From the NCBI RefSeq assembly GCF_006345805.1, contig NC_043002.1:102734001-102798000 (forward strand): a stretch of 64,000 nt of DNA, given 5' to 3'. Below the pieces are notes generated by a model. It worked only from the letters and a program-made list of their open reading frames with translations, did not search any database and was not told the DNA's origin. Of the stretch, positions 39,560 through 52,485 are shown piece by piece. The stretch's first letter is position 1, and each line of letters starts with the position of its first letter. The translations under genes and the position numbers were made by a program. Source of the stretch: Octopus sinensis. Its lineage: Eukaryota.

Positions 39560-40590
39560 GAATGATATCAAGGAGGTATTTCCTACACAGTTTCTTGAAT
39601 TTCCTTATTTTTCGACAGCAGACCTCTTCAGAACTTCTTGGTTTTTAGCCAATATGTATTTTATATAAATAACATGGGATAAACATCAAAGTAGAAGCTA
39701 ACAGATGCTGCTTTATAAAATATATCAGGAACAATTTATATATACGTATGAACCATATACATTTTGAGAGTGCTGTGCCCTATTTTTAGCAGGACATACA
39801 AATAAAGGAAAGAGCTTCTAAAGTAGGTTTTCCGCGGTCAATTTATTTGCCTTTCTTTGTTTTTTCTCTATTTCACAGCTCTATAAATCGACTTTGCGTA
39901 ATTGTAAACTTATAGTGATCCATTCTCAAACATTGTGCATTGCTATGGTTTGTGTTGATCCGTACTTCAGTCCTATTCCGTCCTGCAGCATTGTAACCTG
40001 CCATAGTAGAATCGAAATATTTTCCAGCTGAATGAATGACCTTAACTGATTTTCTATTTAATATCTTCCTATACTTTGAACCCGACTGAAAATGGCAATC
40101 TATGTAATTAAGAAATTTCCAAGGCCCATTTCTACTCTAAGTGTTTTTCACATGTGTCATCAATTCGGAGAAAACAAGAATATGACCACTGATTTATAAT
40201 AAAATGATGGTTCCCCCAAAGCAACGTCTCGTATGCACTTTTACAAACGTTAATAACAAGGTAGTTAATAACAAGGTACGTCTTCTAACACCTCAGGCAT
40301 TTGTAGTATAGTCTAATAAAACATTTATAGTCTCTTAGTTCCGTCTAGAATATAAGCATAGAGAAGATTATTTTTTACAGTAATGCTAAGAGCTAATTCC
40401 TTAAATTCTGACTACTAAGTCGTTAGTGTGTCATGTCGTCATCACGATATAATCCACAAAACAATTCAGGGAAATATTTTCCCAATATACCTCCAATCAT
40501 CATGATTTCAATTCAATGAGCATATATCACATATAAAATTCAATCAGCACCATCAAATATTCCTAAAGAAATAAGTCGACCGCTAAACAC
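39560..40590 (-). mobile_element. Decayed Naiad-like PLE (RT core to GIY-YIG)
   Basis: With frameshifts reads GIFDGAD, FPELF.GLYRDD, ILDGT, LNYIDCHFQSGSKYRKIL..KSVKV, AQCL..YK and GTALSKCIWFIR, in the same order as 51743-54772. Confidence 0.65.
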
Positions 40591-40599
40591 TACAGAGTT

Positions 40600-40770
40600 T
40601 TTTTCCCTCTCGCCGTTTTTTCGTCTTATTCCTTTCTGTGAAAGAGCGTAGGCTCGAAACGTAAAAGGACATTTCTATTTTTTCCGACGTCAAACTAATA
40701 CACCTGTTTGTTGTTCTACATCTGCCTTCATCTTTTGTTTTACTGTAAATTTGAACTATATGTATATCGG
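40600..40770 (+). mobile_element. Short HHR-like cassette (F6), copy 1
   Basis: TCCTTT-CTGTGAAA-GAGC-gtag-GCTC-GAAA-CG-TA-AAAGGA at 40630-40669; aligns with 62690-62895. Confidence 0.65.
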
Positions 40771-40790
40771 CCTCTCCCACACTCTCTCCA

Positions 40791-40825
<35 letters not shown>

Positions 40826-41299
40826 ATTTATATTTATATATATTTATATATATAAGTTCAATAAAATTTAGATTCAGTTAAATATGGTACTTAAGTTAAA
40901 GTCACTAGAATTTAGTATGGTATTATCCATATAATTCAAAATGGAGTGATTATAATCAAAATAAGCAACAAGGATATCCAGAGGTAGTGCAGTACGATCG
41001 TTTCATGCGACTCCATATAATTGGACAATGCTAATATTACATCAATTTAAAATGTAGAGCAATCTTCAGCTGCATAAAAATATAGAATTTAGTTTACTTC
41101 GAAAGATTCGTTTGCATAGTTTTTCTATTATCCAAAATCACAAAGAGGATAAGTAGATAGACAAATAACATGTTTCATCAACAACATCATAGTTGTAACT
41201 GATTTCTTCACAGGAAGACACTGCTTATCATTGATTTTATTTTCTTATTCAGATTTACTAATGGGGTGGGGGTTAATTCTAATTTATAGACTAGTTTAT

Positions 41300-42700
41300 C
41301 AAATCTAATAGAAACTAGAATCTATCTTTTTATGGATAGAGTAAAAAGACAGTTTAAGTGGCAGAGTCATAAATCAAGATTTGTTTGAAGTAAAACCATT
41401 TGGTTCAGTACGAATATATTTCCGCCAAAATTTGCAGGCTAAAGCTGATGGGGTAGGGAGAGTAAAACCTATAATACTTAAGTATTTAACAACCATAAAC
41501 TCAGTGTTATTTTTATATACATAGGTACATTTTAGAGAATTGATTTCACACCAACAAACACACAAAAAAATTAGAATAATGTTTCTGTATTTTACACAAT
41601 AGAGGGATGGTGAATATAGAAATAATTCCATATTTATATATTTCTATACTAACTTAACATATATTTATAGTTAGTTATTAAACAGTAATTTTTGGTATTA
41701 ATAAGTTAAATTAAAGGAATAAGTTTAAAATTTATATATATTTTTTAGATGCTAATAATTTTAGAGCATACTTCTATGTATTATAAATAAATAGTGAAAT
41801 ATACCAGTATAGTTTTATATAGATTGAGTATTAAACTTATAGAAGTATATTATAAATAAAATGATATATAAGAAAATTGGTTTAAACTTCAAGTAAAGAA
41901 ATGAAAATGAATATAATGAAAAGTCAATATAAATCTTTGTAGAATGTTATAGACAAGGGGTAGAACAGATTTGGTTTTGAAAACTTATAAAATATATCTA
42001 GCTTATTTATATTGATAGGTAAGGTAAATTGTTAGAACATTTTTTTTATAATTCTACAATTTTTAGACTAAAATTGATATTTACTTACCATGAGAATATC
42101 TATAAATGACTAGTGTTTAATGTCGGGTAAAGAGATGATCAAGTTATTGGGCAAAAATTATATCATTAACAAAACTTTTATAAAATTATGGTTTTTATTT
42201 TAGATTTAAGAATATGCTATTCTAATCCTTATATGATAATTTATAATTATTAATTGGTACTTACACAATGTTATTTAATTATTTATAATTTATTATCATA
42301 AAGCTTTCTAATACATACATGGATCATGAAGCTAGAGCTGTTTTAGGGAAATAGAAACCATGTAACTTAGATATTAATATCTATTTTTATCAGGTTTTAA
42401 ATATTAATTAAGAACATTTAGAAGAACTTTTTAAGGGGAGATTCCCCGTAAATAAGGCATTAATTGACTCGCATACAAAAATCTTTAAAATACAATGGAA
42501 GGGAGTAACCAAAAATGTAATTTTTAAAAATTAAAATATAGAGAAATAGAATTATTCTTTTGGAAATCCTATATTTATTGTTATATGGGGTGTAATAATT
42601 TGGGCTTATATAAAGGTAATATTTATAATATCGAAAAGGATTAGGTGGAGTAGAATTCTCGTAGATATAGATGTGAAAATTACCAAATCTTTAAAACTTA
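41300..42700 (+). mobile_element. Heavily decayed RLE-type LINE (tentative)
   Basis: Ordered traces LYLHNRGMVNIE, IND*CLMSGKE, DHEARAVL and KYREIE; very AT-rich and C-poor. Confidence 0.3.
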
Positions 42701-43399
42701 TTGTGGAGTAAGTATACAACTTAATAACATCATTAGATATCTAGAATTTATGTAATAATTTTAGAAACTAAAAATAAAATATTCAACTTTATTCAATTTG
42801 TCTATGTTATTAGATTTTTTAATACCTTGTGCTGATTAAATAAAAAAAATATTGCAGTTTATGCTATTTCCTTATTGATTTTAAGAAAACATTAAGATCT
42901 AAAATTCAGAAATAACAGAATGCTATTTAAAAAAATATTTAAAGGTACGGGTAGTACAATGTATACACGATACTCCTTGTTCAAAAAGGCTATTTAATAA
43001 ATTTACATTATCCCTCTGTTTCAAAATTTCCTATATCTCCATGGAGCAAAGCTCACATCCATATCTACTTACAAAAGTGTAGAATATTCTGGTCGATACC
43101 ACATTTGTTTGTCATTTGCTTTACCTTAACCACTTGAGCATATCCTTTAGTAACTGATGTTAAATGCATCTCTGACCACGAGCAGAAGTAGCGGTCGTGG
43201 TGATGGTAGTTTATCATAGCCATGTGCTGAGAGGAATTCTTTGTTTTCAGTAATTTATGATTGGAAACAAGGTGTCTTGTTCATCATCCTTAAACAAACA
43301 TTCAGGGAGCTTTTCATTGAACGAGCAACACTACTTGGGGAAAGTTCTAATTGGGCTCAACCTGCATAGTGATTCACTGTTTATTTTTATATAAAATCC

Positions 43400-43545
43400 C
43401 TATGCCGCGCACATGTGGTTATGATGCATGTCCCTGGAGTACTTTTATCAGATGGAATGTCATGATGGGTCTATTCGGCTTCGTATACCATAGTGTTACT
43501 TTAATGTTATGTGTTGTTCTCTCACTCAATAATAATGATAATCAT
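43400..43545 (+). mobile_element. SINE-C-like repeat with (AAT)n tail; second copy at 48825-48985
   Basis: Shared gatgcatgt..ttatcaga..gtcatgatggg..ggcttcgtata..ctctcactcaataat. Confidence 0.65.
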
Positions 43546-43734
43546 AATATTTTATTACATGATATTTCGCAACTGCCAGTGCCGCTTCCCCCTCCACAAG
43601 CTTTCAGTCAGACTGTAATATCTCTTATCCTTCATTCGCTCGAGGACGCTGGATGTGTCTCGGCACGCGATTATAAAAAACATGGATATGAAAGGTATAC
43701 AATAACAGAAGAAATAATAATAATAATAATAATG

Positions 43735-43771
<37 letters not shown>

Positions 43772-43848
43772 TGATGATGATGATGGTAATACTTTTTTTT
43801 ATTTTATCTAGTTTCAGCTCACCAGCTGTGGCCATGCTGGGGCACCGC

Positions 43849-43884
<36 letters not shown>

Positions 43885-44614
43885 TGAAGATGAAGGGAAA
43901 CCAGAAGGAAAAGAAGAAGAAGAAGAGCAACAATAACAACAACATCAAAGAGCTGAGCATCTTCAGACGTAAATACCTTGTTGTGTCTTGACGTCTGTGG
44001 TTGAGACTTAGGTGCAATATATATAAATTAAAATGAATCATAAGACAATAACACATGACCAACACCACCACTACCAACGCTACCACCGCTACCACCACAA
44101 CCACCACCACCACCACCACCACCATTAACAACAACAATAATAGTAATAATAGCATTAATGAAAGAATAATATTAATAATTGTTATCATTGTTCTCCTTAT
44201 CATTATTGCTATTTATCTTATAATTGCTTTTGTACATATGACAAAACCAACATCATCAACGATAGCAAGAAGAATAACAAAATATATGCAAATTAAAGAG
44301 CAACAGTACTGTGAATGTTAACAATGAAATATACTCATAGCCACGATGTATAAGACGAAGACACTGTCAATGCTGATGATGATTAAGATGAGGATGACGA
44401 CAACGACAATGATAACGTAGGATAACGTTGATGATAAGAAAATATATGATTAATATAGTGTTGTCTAAAGCACCTATTTAATGGTTCTGAGGAAGGAAGG
44501 TCTATGTCTTCTCGACAATGTCAGATATATTACAATTTCTCAGAGTGAATCTCACTAACTATGTTCATACATGCATACATACAAACATACATACATATAC
44601 ATACATATACATAC

Positions 44615-44673
<59 letters not shown>

Positions 44674-44720
44674 CCATATACACATATGTATATATATATA
44701 TGTGGATATGTACATATATG

Positions 44721-44754
<34 letters not shown>

Positions 44755-45271
44755 TATATACAGAAACACATGCGCACATAGGAATATTCATCTTAGAAGA
44801 ACAGTAATAAACGAGTGAAGCAAAAATATATAGTGCGTGTTTTTATTAGTCAAACAAAAAGATGACCGTCCCGAAATAAATCCATGTATATATATCTAAA
44901 GGTCGTGAGTTTAATTCATGTCGACGCGTTTGTCCTTGAGCTAGACATTTTATTCCCCGTGGCTCCAGTACCTGTATTTCAAAGGGCCAGCCTTGTGTCA
45001 CGCTGGATCCCTCTGAGATCTACACGTGTCTGTGGAAGGCTCAGCAAATTCATAAAGGCTTTAATGCGTAATATAAATGTAATGAGTTAATATTGAACTG
45101 AATATTTTTATTGATAGAGTAAACTTGAACACATAACAGATCAACAGAAATCGGGCAAGTGAGTAAGGTTTATGAAAATCATGAAGTAGGCGACTCGTAT
45201 AACCTCTATTGTAATTATAATTAATTATAAATTTTATTCTCTGTCTATTTAGTGCTAATATTACTTGTTAC

Positions 45272-45462
45272 TGCGGGCGAAGTGCTTACCGTATTTCGTC
45301 AGACTTTAAGTTCTGAATTCTGAGTTCAAATTCTGCCGATGTCGACTTTGCCTTTCATATTTTCATGGTCGATAAATTAAATACCAGCTGCGTACTGCAG
45401 TCGATCTAATTGACTGGCCCACTTATCGCAAATGTCGGGCCTTGTGCCTAGAGTAGAAAAGG
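45272..45462 (+). mobile_element. SINE family A copy (5'-degraded)
   Basis: ctgagttcaaattctgccgatgtcgactttgcctttcat core. Confidence 0.75.
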
Positions 45463-48329
45463 TTACTAATTGCTATCACCAATGCTTTTGTTGTCATTAT
45501 CAATTATTTAAATTTAACGTTGATAATAACGATAAAATTATCTACATAATTATTCATTTGAATATTTACTCCTAATATCTGTGTGTGCATAGGTGTATGT
45601 GTTCATAGGTGCATGTGTGCACATGGCTGTATATTTATGCTTTTTCCAACCCTCGAAGACTTCCAGTCGGCTTTTGTTTCTTTACGCCCCTGCATCTTCG
45701 TGGTTTGAAAAAAGTGACGATATCAGTACGAGATTCATAATAGGTGATCGGAGTAACTCGACTAAGCAATCTGTGCCCCAGTTTAACAGCAGCCAAATAA
45801 GTGAACTATCTAAAAGTTATGTAAGGTAACATGTATGGTGTGTAAACGTGTGTGCCTGTGTAAGTGTGTTCTATGCCTGCTCAGATGTGCCATATTTGCT
45901 TCCGCGATCTTTTTCTGTACTTCCATTTCGATTTCTAATAAAATATCATTTAAAATTCAGTGAAACGTTATAAGAAATGCGATTCCACTTGCGTCTTGTT
46001 TTTTTTTTATATCTTATCTATTACACTTCTTCCCTGTTTTTCTTGCTTTAATTCTTCCAAGGATTTAGTTGAAAGAACACAACTTTTTGAAACATCGCAA
46101 CGTACAGAGAAATTTAACGGGGAAAAATAACGCAATGTATACGGACAAAAATAACCGAAGATACGGGTTGTTGTTACGTACGAAAAATAATTGATATAAA
46201 TCCTTAATAAAATAAGGCAAAGAAAAAGCTAGTTGCAACTACATAGATATATAAAATGAACCAAACCAAATCTAAAACGATTCTTTTCATTTTAAGGGCC
46301 ATCATTTTAAATAACGTTTTCTTTTTATTTTTTGTTTGAAAACATTTCCGTTTTTCCTCGTCTTAGGCACTGAACATTACAAATCGGTTAACATTTGTCT
46401 CAATATTTTTTTAACATAACTCCGTATCATTTTATAATTTTTCCTTTATAATTTTTCCTTTTTGGCTCGAATTTCTCTTTTGTATGTTTGAAAAAGCACT
46501 GATTACTAATGTGCAAATTAGTAAAAGAAGCGATTACAACAATCGGAACAATAATAACAACATCATCAGTAACAACAACAACAACAACGAAAATAGTAAT
46601 AATTACCGTCATCATCATCATCCTCACCATCATTATAATCGTGATCAGCCTTAGCGTCATCATTATTATTATAATAATATTTTGAAAATTTTCAAGTTTT
46701 GTGAAGTACGCATATTTTCATGCAACCATGCAATGTATCGGGCTGCTTATTTTTCATTTGGTGAACGTTCTTTTTCAGAATATAAACAGAAAAAAGTTCG
46801 ATAATACGAAGCAAAGTTTTTGGACGATAATTATTCGCAACTGAATGAAACAAAAAGAATTTCAATGAAAGAAATTCAAATGAAACTGAATACTTGAGCT
46901 TTCTTTAAAATTCTGGATGAATAATTTATAAATTTTTCCTGTCTATTTTCTTTCATTCTTTCTTTCTTTCTTTCTGGGTTTTTTTTTTTTTTTTGTAATG
47001 CAATGTGCAATGATTTATTTGGATATCGCTTTTTGTTTTACCAGGATCCAGAAACTGAAAGAAGATGATTACATAATGCAGGAATGTAAAGAAGAAATAT
47101 GCATAAATGCATTAACAGTGGAGTTTAGTATTGTGCTTTATTCATGTTTCGGGGTTTCTTTTTTTATTTAAATGTATGACCGGCGACAAAAGAAAGTAGA
47201 ACGCAGAAAACATGCTACTAAACGGTCGCTAGAAATATTCAGCTGTAACTTTACCAACACTTCAATGGAACTGGCCTCCAAGTTTCAAAACATACTCAAG
47301 CGGGCTCTGAGATAGCAGAGAGCTTGCATTCTTCAAGCCTTTCTATTCACATTTGAGCGTACATTTGTGGATAATGGTGGGCGTACATACGGTTCTATTA
47401 ATGACTTGTAGGGAAAGGCTATTTCGTTAGGGAAGCATAGGTTTCTCAGTTTAATTCTCCCTTTAGTTACATTAGAAAACTTTGGTGGTAAAACTTTGCA
47501 TGCGTTTACATTTATACATATATGCATACATGCATACATACATAGATACATACATACATACGTACATACATACATACATACTTTTTTACAAACATACATA
47601 TATATATATATATATATATAAACACACTTACAACTGCTTCTCTACAACAAAGAACTAGATGTTACAGCGCTTTCTTAATTTTGAAGATAGGAAAGCAGTT
47701 ACACCGTGCGACCAAAAATGCGATATGCATCCAAGAAATGCAGTTAGATGAAGAGGTAAATGAATAAGATGCTGCCCTCAAATGAAGAGTCAAGACAGAT
47801 AATACGTATACAGAAATACAACAGCATCCCACGATATGAAATGAATGGTAAATTCACTGTATGGGAAATACACGTTTGTGCACCATGATATAAATCAAAA
47901 CCTTACTCATCACAAGCTGGCATTCTATGATATAAAGCTGGAAACTGGGAGCATATTCTAGCTCTGCGTGTCAATGTCTTCCAATATGAGTTACCTGTAT
48001 AATGTTATGAAACGAAATCAGCCAATCATGCGCGTATCCGGATGACATCTAGAGAAAATCGAGCGCACTATCAAAAGGTGCATCCAATTGGCATCGATAC
48101 AGTACTTAATCCATCAAATCCCAGAGTGCTTAAATTTTTGAATATTACTTTAAAAGTTTTACAGATGATTGAAAACAAATTAAAATGAAAAAAAAATTAT
48201 TAAAACTCCTTTACTTCAAGTAGAAATGAAAATACTGGGTGTCTTATAAATAGGACAGTGAGACAATGTGATATAGCTTATTTAATGTTCTCATTTAGTG
48301 TCCTATTTACAGACAGTGGGAATTAATGT

Positions 48330-48720
48330 GTTAAAAGGACACACGTGCTCCCTCGCAAAGAGAATTGCCGGGAACATAAATTATCAGAAGTTGTTTGGAA
48401 TGGACTTTCAGAGTTTGGACTGATCGACAAATGCAGGCTAACCGAAAAGATATTGTCAAAAGTTATGTTAAATAGTAGATGTGTCTTTTGATGAGTGTTG
48501 CAGCACCAGCGGACGAAATTCACATCTCAGAAGACGATTGAGAAATTGAGCAAATAAAAGGACTTGGAGAGAGAAGAATGTGGTATCACAGAACAAGGAC
48601 ATTTTATATTGTTATTGGGGTACCTGGAATAATATATGAAGGATTATAGAGAAATATAAACGAAATGCTTGGTATAAGTAAAATTTAAAAGATTATCTAC
48701 CCCTCACATAATTTACATAA
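48330..48720 (+). mobile_element. RLE-type LINE C-terminal (restriction-like endonuclease) fragment
   Basis: Reads FRVWTDRQMQANRKDIV..CLLMSVAAPAD..EKLSK*KDLE. Confidence 0.65.
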
Positions 48721-49715
48721 ATTTCTAACCTTAAAAAATGCAGAGTGTTCATTGAGTTTTAGAATAAATTTTAAAGAGTAATTCTAACTGGGTCTCCCTG
48801 CAAAGTCATGCACTGTTAATCTTGATATTTGATCACCATGTCGCGCGCAAGTGGTTGTGATGCATGTGCCTAGTATACCCTTATCAGACGGGTAGTCATG
48901 ATGGGCATACTGGGCTTCGTATATTTACCCAGTGTCACTTTGATGGCATGCACTGCTCTCTCACTCAATAATGATAATAATAAGTAGTTGGAATCTCCCT
49001 ATGCTTTGAATGATGATGCATCTAGTGATGTAAAACACTTGTAATTGAGTAACATGATAATCGCTATCACATATGAGAGACAAAGAAGAGATAAAATATT
49101 GGGAATAACGGTGGTAATAAAACTGAATACAATGATGGTGACAGTGTTGCACCCGGCAGGCTCAGAGATTCTGGTCCGGCTCCAGACTCTCGTTACCCCA
49201 AAACGGGCAAGCACACACGGCGTAGATGATGCAAAACAAGTTAATGCTGTGGTCATGTAGCGTTACCGCCTCAGAAACCCTGCAGACGAAAATGATATTC
49301 CTCTTAAAGTATACCGACAATGTATGTGTGATCAATGGGGTGAAAGAGGAATAATTCAACTTGCAGAAAACAGCACTGCTTGGAACTGCTCGAATACTCA
49401 GAATTGTGCTCGAAAAATAAGGGATTTTATCTTAGTTCACTGGTAGTGAGCAGCTGGCACCATAGTACATATCCAGCGTTAGAAGCTGCGCAGAGAAAAT
49501 AAATATACAAATAAATAAAGAATTAATAATAATAATAACAATGATAATAATAATGATAATAATAATAATAACAACAACAACAAAGTGATCGATGGAATAA
49601 GTGCATGGGCTGCAAAAATAAGTCCTAGGGTCGATTTGCTCGACTAAAGTCGGTACTCCAGCATGGCTGCAGTCAAATGACTGAAACAAGTAAAAGTGTA
49701 AAAGGGTAAAAAAGA

Positions 49716-49790
<75 letters not shown>

Positions 49791-49801
49791 TATAATATAT
49801 A

Positions 49802-49862
<61 letters not shown>

Positions 49863-50029
49863 GTGTGTGTTTATAGATATGTATATATATATATACATTG
49901 ACAGATGTAGATAAATAAGTAGGTATTGGTAGATCGATTGAAATATAAATATATATGTACTCTTATATATTTATGCGTGTATATGTATATATGAGTGTGT
50001 GTGTATGCGTGCGTGTGTGTGAATACATA

Positions 50030-50225
50030 AACGTTTTATACTTACATATAGTTGCATATACACACGCAAATACATACGCACACACGCAGGTACATCCTCA
50101 CTTACACACACTCATACACATATACTCGCACACATGCGTAAGTACAGATTTATTTATTTTTATATTTAGAACAGCGAAATTTTCCATTCTATTAAAACTA
50201 ATGATTTGTGTCTATAACATTAATC
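50030..50225 (+). repeat. Dispersed repeat, second copy at 58010-58220
   Basis: Shared catatagttgcatata...acagcgaaattttccattcta.taaaactaa..atttgtgtcta. Confidence 0.75.
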
Positions 50226-51155
50226 TATCTCATAGATTTATAACATTAAGACCGGCACTTACTAGACTGAAAAATACTATGTTTGCGCAATAACTCAATT
50301 TCTAAGCAATTCACTTGTTTCAACAATGGTTCACTGGTGTTCGTCTCTTTTATATTTCCCTCCCAAACTGTCGCAATTCTCCTTACAAATTCCAATTGCT
50401 CACTCTTTATATTATTTTAGTCTCAATAGAAAATTACCGGGCTACAACAAAATCGAACTTAACTCGTCTTCTGTCTGAGACATGATAAACTTTTATGAGA
50501 TATTTAACTCATACAGAAGCAGAAAATATCTTGAAATTATATTTCCATTTTTATAACTGGATGTGTAATTATACTAAACATATACATTATGGTTTGTTTG
50601 GCAAATATTGACAAAGGAACCGAGAAAATGTGTGTAAAATTATAAATTATGCGACCAACGACTATGTTCTCTCAAACGTGACAAACTTATATGAATATTG
50701 TAATACATTTGTATGGTAACGGTAAGATAAATGTACTTTGTATTCATACAAATCTATGTATTTGAAGTAAGTTTAGCATAGCCTATCATTCTGCACCGAG
50801 AATTAATAAAAGTGCTTATAAATTTCGTTGAACTTGGTAGAAACAGCAGAAAATTCCTCTCTCATATCATACAGATTTCTTGAGAATGTAGGACGCGATG
50901 CTGAAATGCTTTTCCAAAGCATTCTAGGTCAGAATGATAGATGGGATAGGGTCCGAGGGGAACTCTTTCACCATACTTGTGCCTAATCTGAAATGGCCTG
51001 GAACAAAACATCATAAAACGCTGTCGCTATCAAAAGTGTTGAATATTGAGACCTTTCTTTTGTTATTTGCATATGTGTATATGTATCTATCCTCTCTGTC
51101 TGTCTGTTTATCTATATCTGTCTATCTATCTATATCTATCTATCATCTATTATAT

Positions 51156-51192
<37 letters not shown>

Positions 51193-51206
51193 TTATCTAT
51201 CTATCA

Positions 51207-51272
<66 letters not shown>

Positions 51273-51666
51273 ATATATATATATATTATATATATAATAT
51301 ATATATATATTATATCTATATATATATATTTATCTATCTATCTATCTATCTATCTATATATCTATCTATCTATCTATATATATATACATTTATTTATCTA
51401 TCAATATATCCATCTATTTATTTATATATATATATATATATATACATAATTATTATCTATCTATCTATCTATATCTATCTATCTATCATCTATCTATCAA
51501 TCAATCAATCAATATATCTATCTATCTAATATTATCTATCTATCTATCTATCTATCTCTCTATCTATCTCTATATAAATATATATAGCTAGCTAGCTAGC
51601 TTTCTATCTATCTGTCTATGTATGTCTGTGTGTGAGAGTATCTATCTTTCTATCTTTCTGTATAGT

Positions 51667-51740
<74 letters not shown>

Positions 51741-51802
51741 ATACATTATTGGTGAATGAAGAAGAAATGGAGCTGAACGCAGATTGAACAGAAATCGTTT
51801 TA

Positions 51803-51892
51803 TTTCATTCTACACGTGTTTCGAAAGGCACAAATTACCAAAATCCGATTGAATAATGGGACCATATTGTGTCTTTCTCTTCAGGAAGAAAA
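51803..51892 (-). ncRNA. Type-I hammerhead ribozyme with a fully canonical core and long stem II
   Basis: TTC-CTGAAGA-GAAAG.CACAA...TTGTG.CTTTC-GAAA-CACGTG-TA-GAA. Palindrome ACACGTGT, GUA triplet; predicted cleavage between 51811 and 51810. Confidence 0.85.
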
Positions 51893-52485
51893 AAGGAAAT
51901 CCGTTGGAAAAACAAAAACAGAACAGAGGCGGAGCAAAAACAAATCGAACTATGCTCCTAAGAGCCATGGCGAAACTGTTTATCAGTGTATGTTGAGAAC
52001 CGGTGGCTGAAGAATTCAACGGGTCAGGCATCGGTCAATCATGTGGGTGAGGGTGTATAGATGTTCTTTGTGACCGAGAATAAAGTTCTGACTATTTAAG
52101 GAATATTGGATGTTTATAAGGGGCGAGAAAAAATCTACTTAGAGACGTGTGTGTGTGTATACTGTTCTATATATGTGTGTGTTGGCGTAGGGGTAGAAAA
52201 CATTTTTGTGTACGTGTGTGCGTTTGATCGTTCGGCTGTCAGTGGCTACTGCCGTGAGAACCGTTGGGTGGCAGAAAGAAAAATATATATATATATTATG
52301 TTTATGTGTGTGTGTGTGTGTTCATCTAAGCCTGCCTTGTCAAGGAAACCCCCGCTGTGAAAAAACCAAGCCCCGTTTGTCTTACAGGAGTAATTCCCCT
52401 TGGCAGTGGTTAATCGTAGATATCTTAAAGGCTATTTCAGAATTTGTTACCAAGGGCTATGGGTACCGGTATATTATTATAAACG

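Noticed and set aside
41161-41215. Minus-strand GTGAAGA..ATCA/TGAT-GAAA-CATG-TT
   Set aside because: G3, U17 and no stem I; too degraded to call.
41250-43000. Possible mitochondrial insertion (very AT-rich, skewed)
   Set aside because: No recognisable mitochondrial gene, rRNA or tRNA motif; traces fit a LINE better.
44518-44818. Many overlapping ORFs rich in YI/CV/HT repeats (also near 14780, 28804, 29440, 31776, 51046, 54751, 58478, 61178)
   Set aside because: They are translations of (TA)n, (CA)n, (TATC)n and (AAT)n microsatellites, not proteins.
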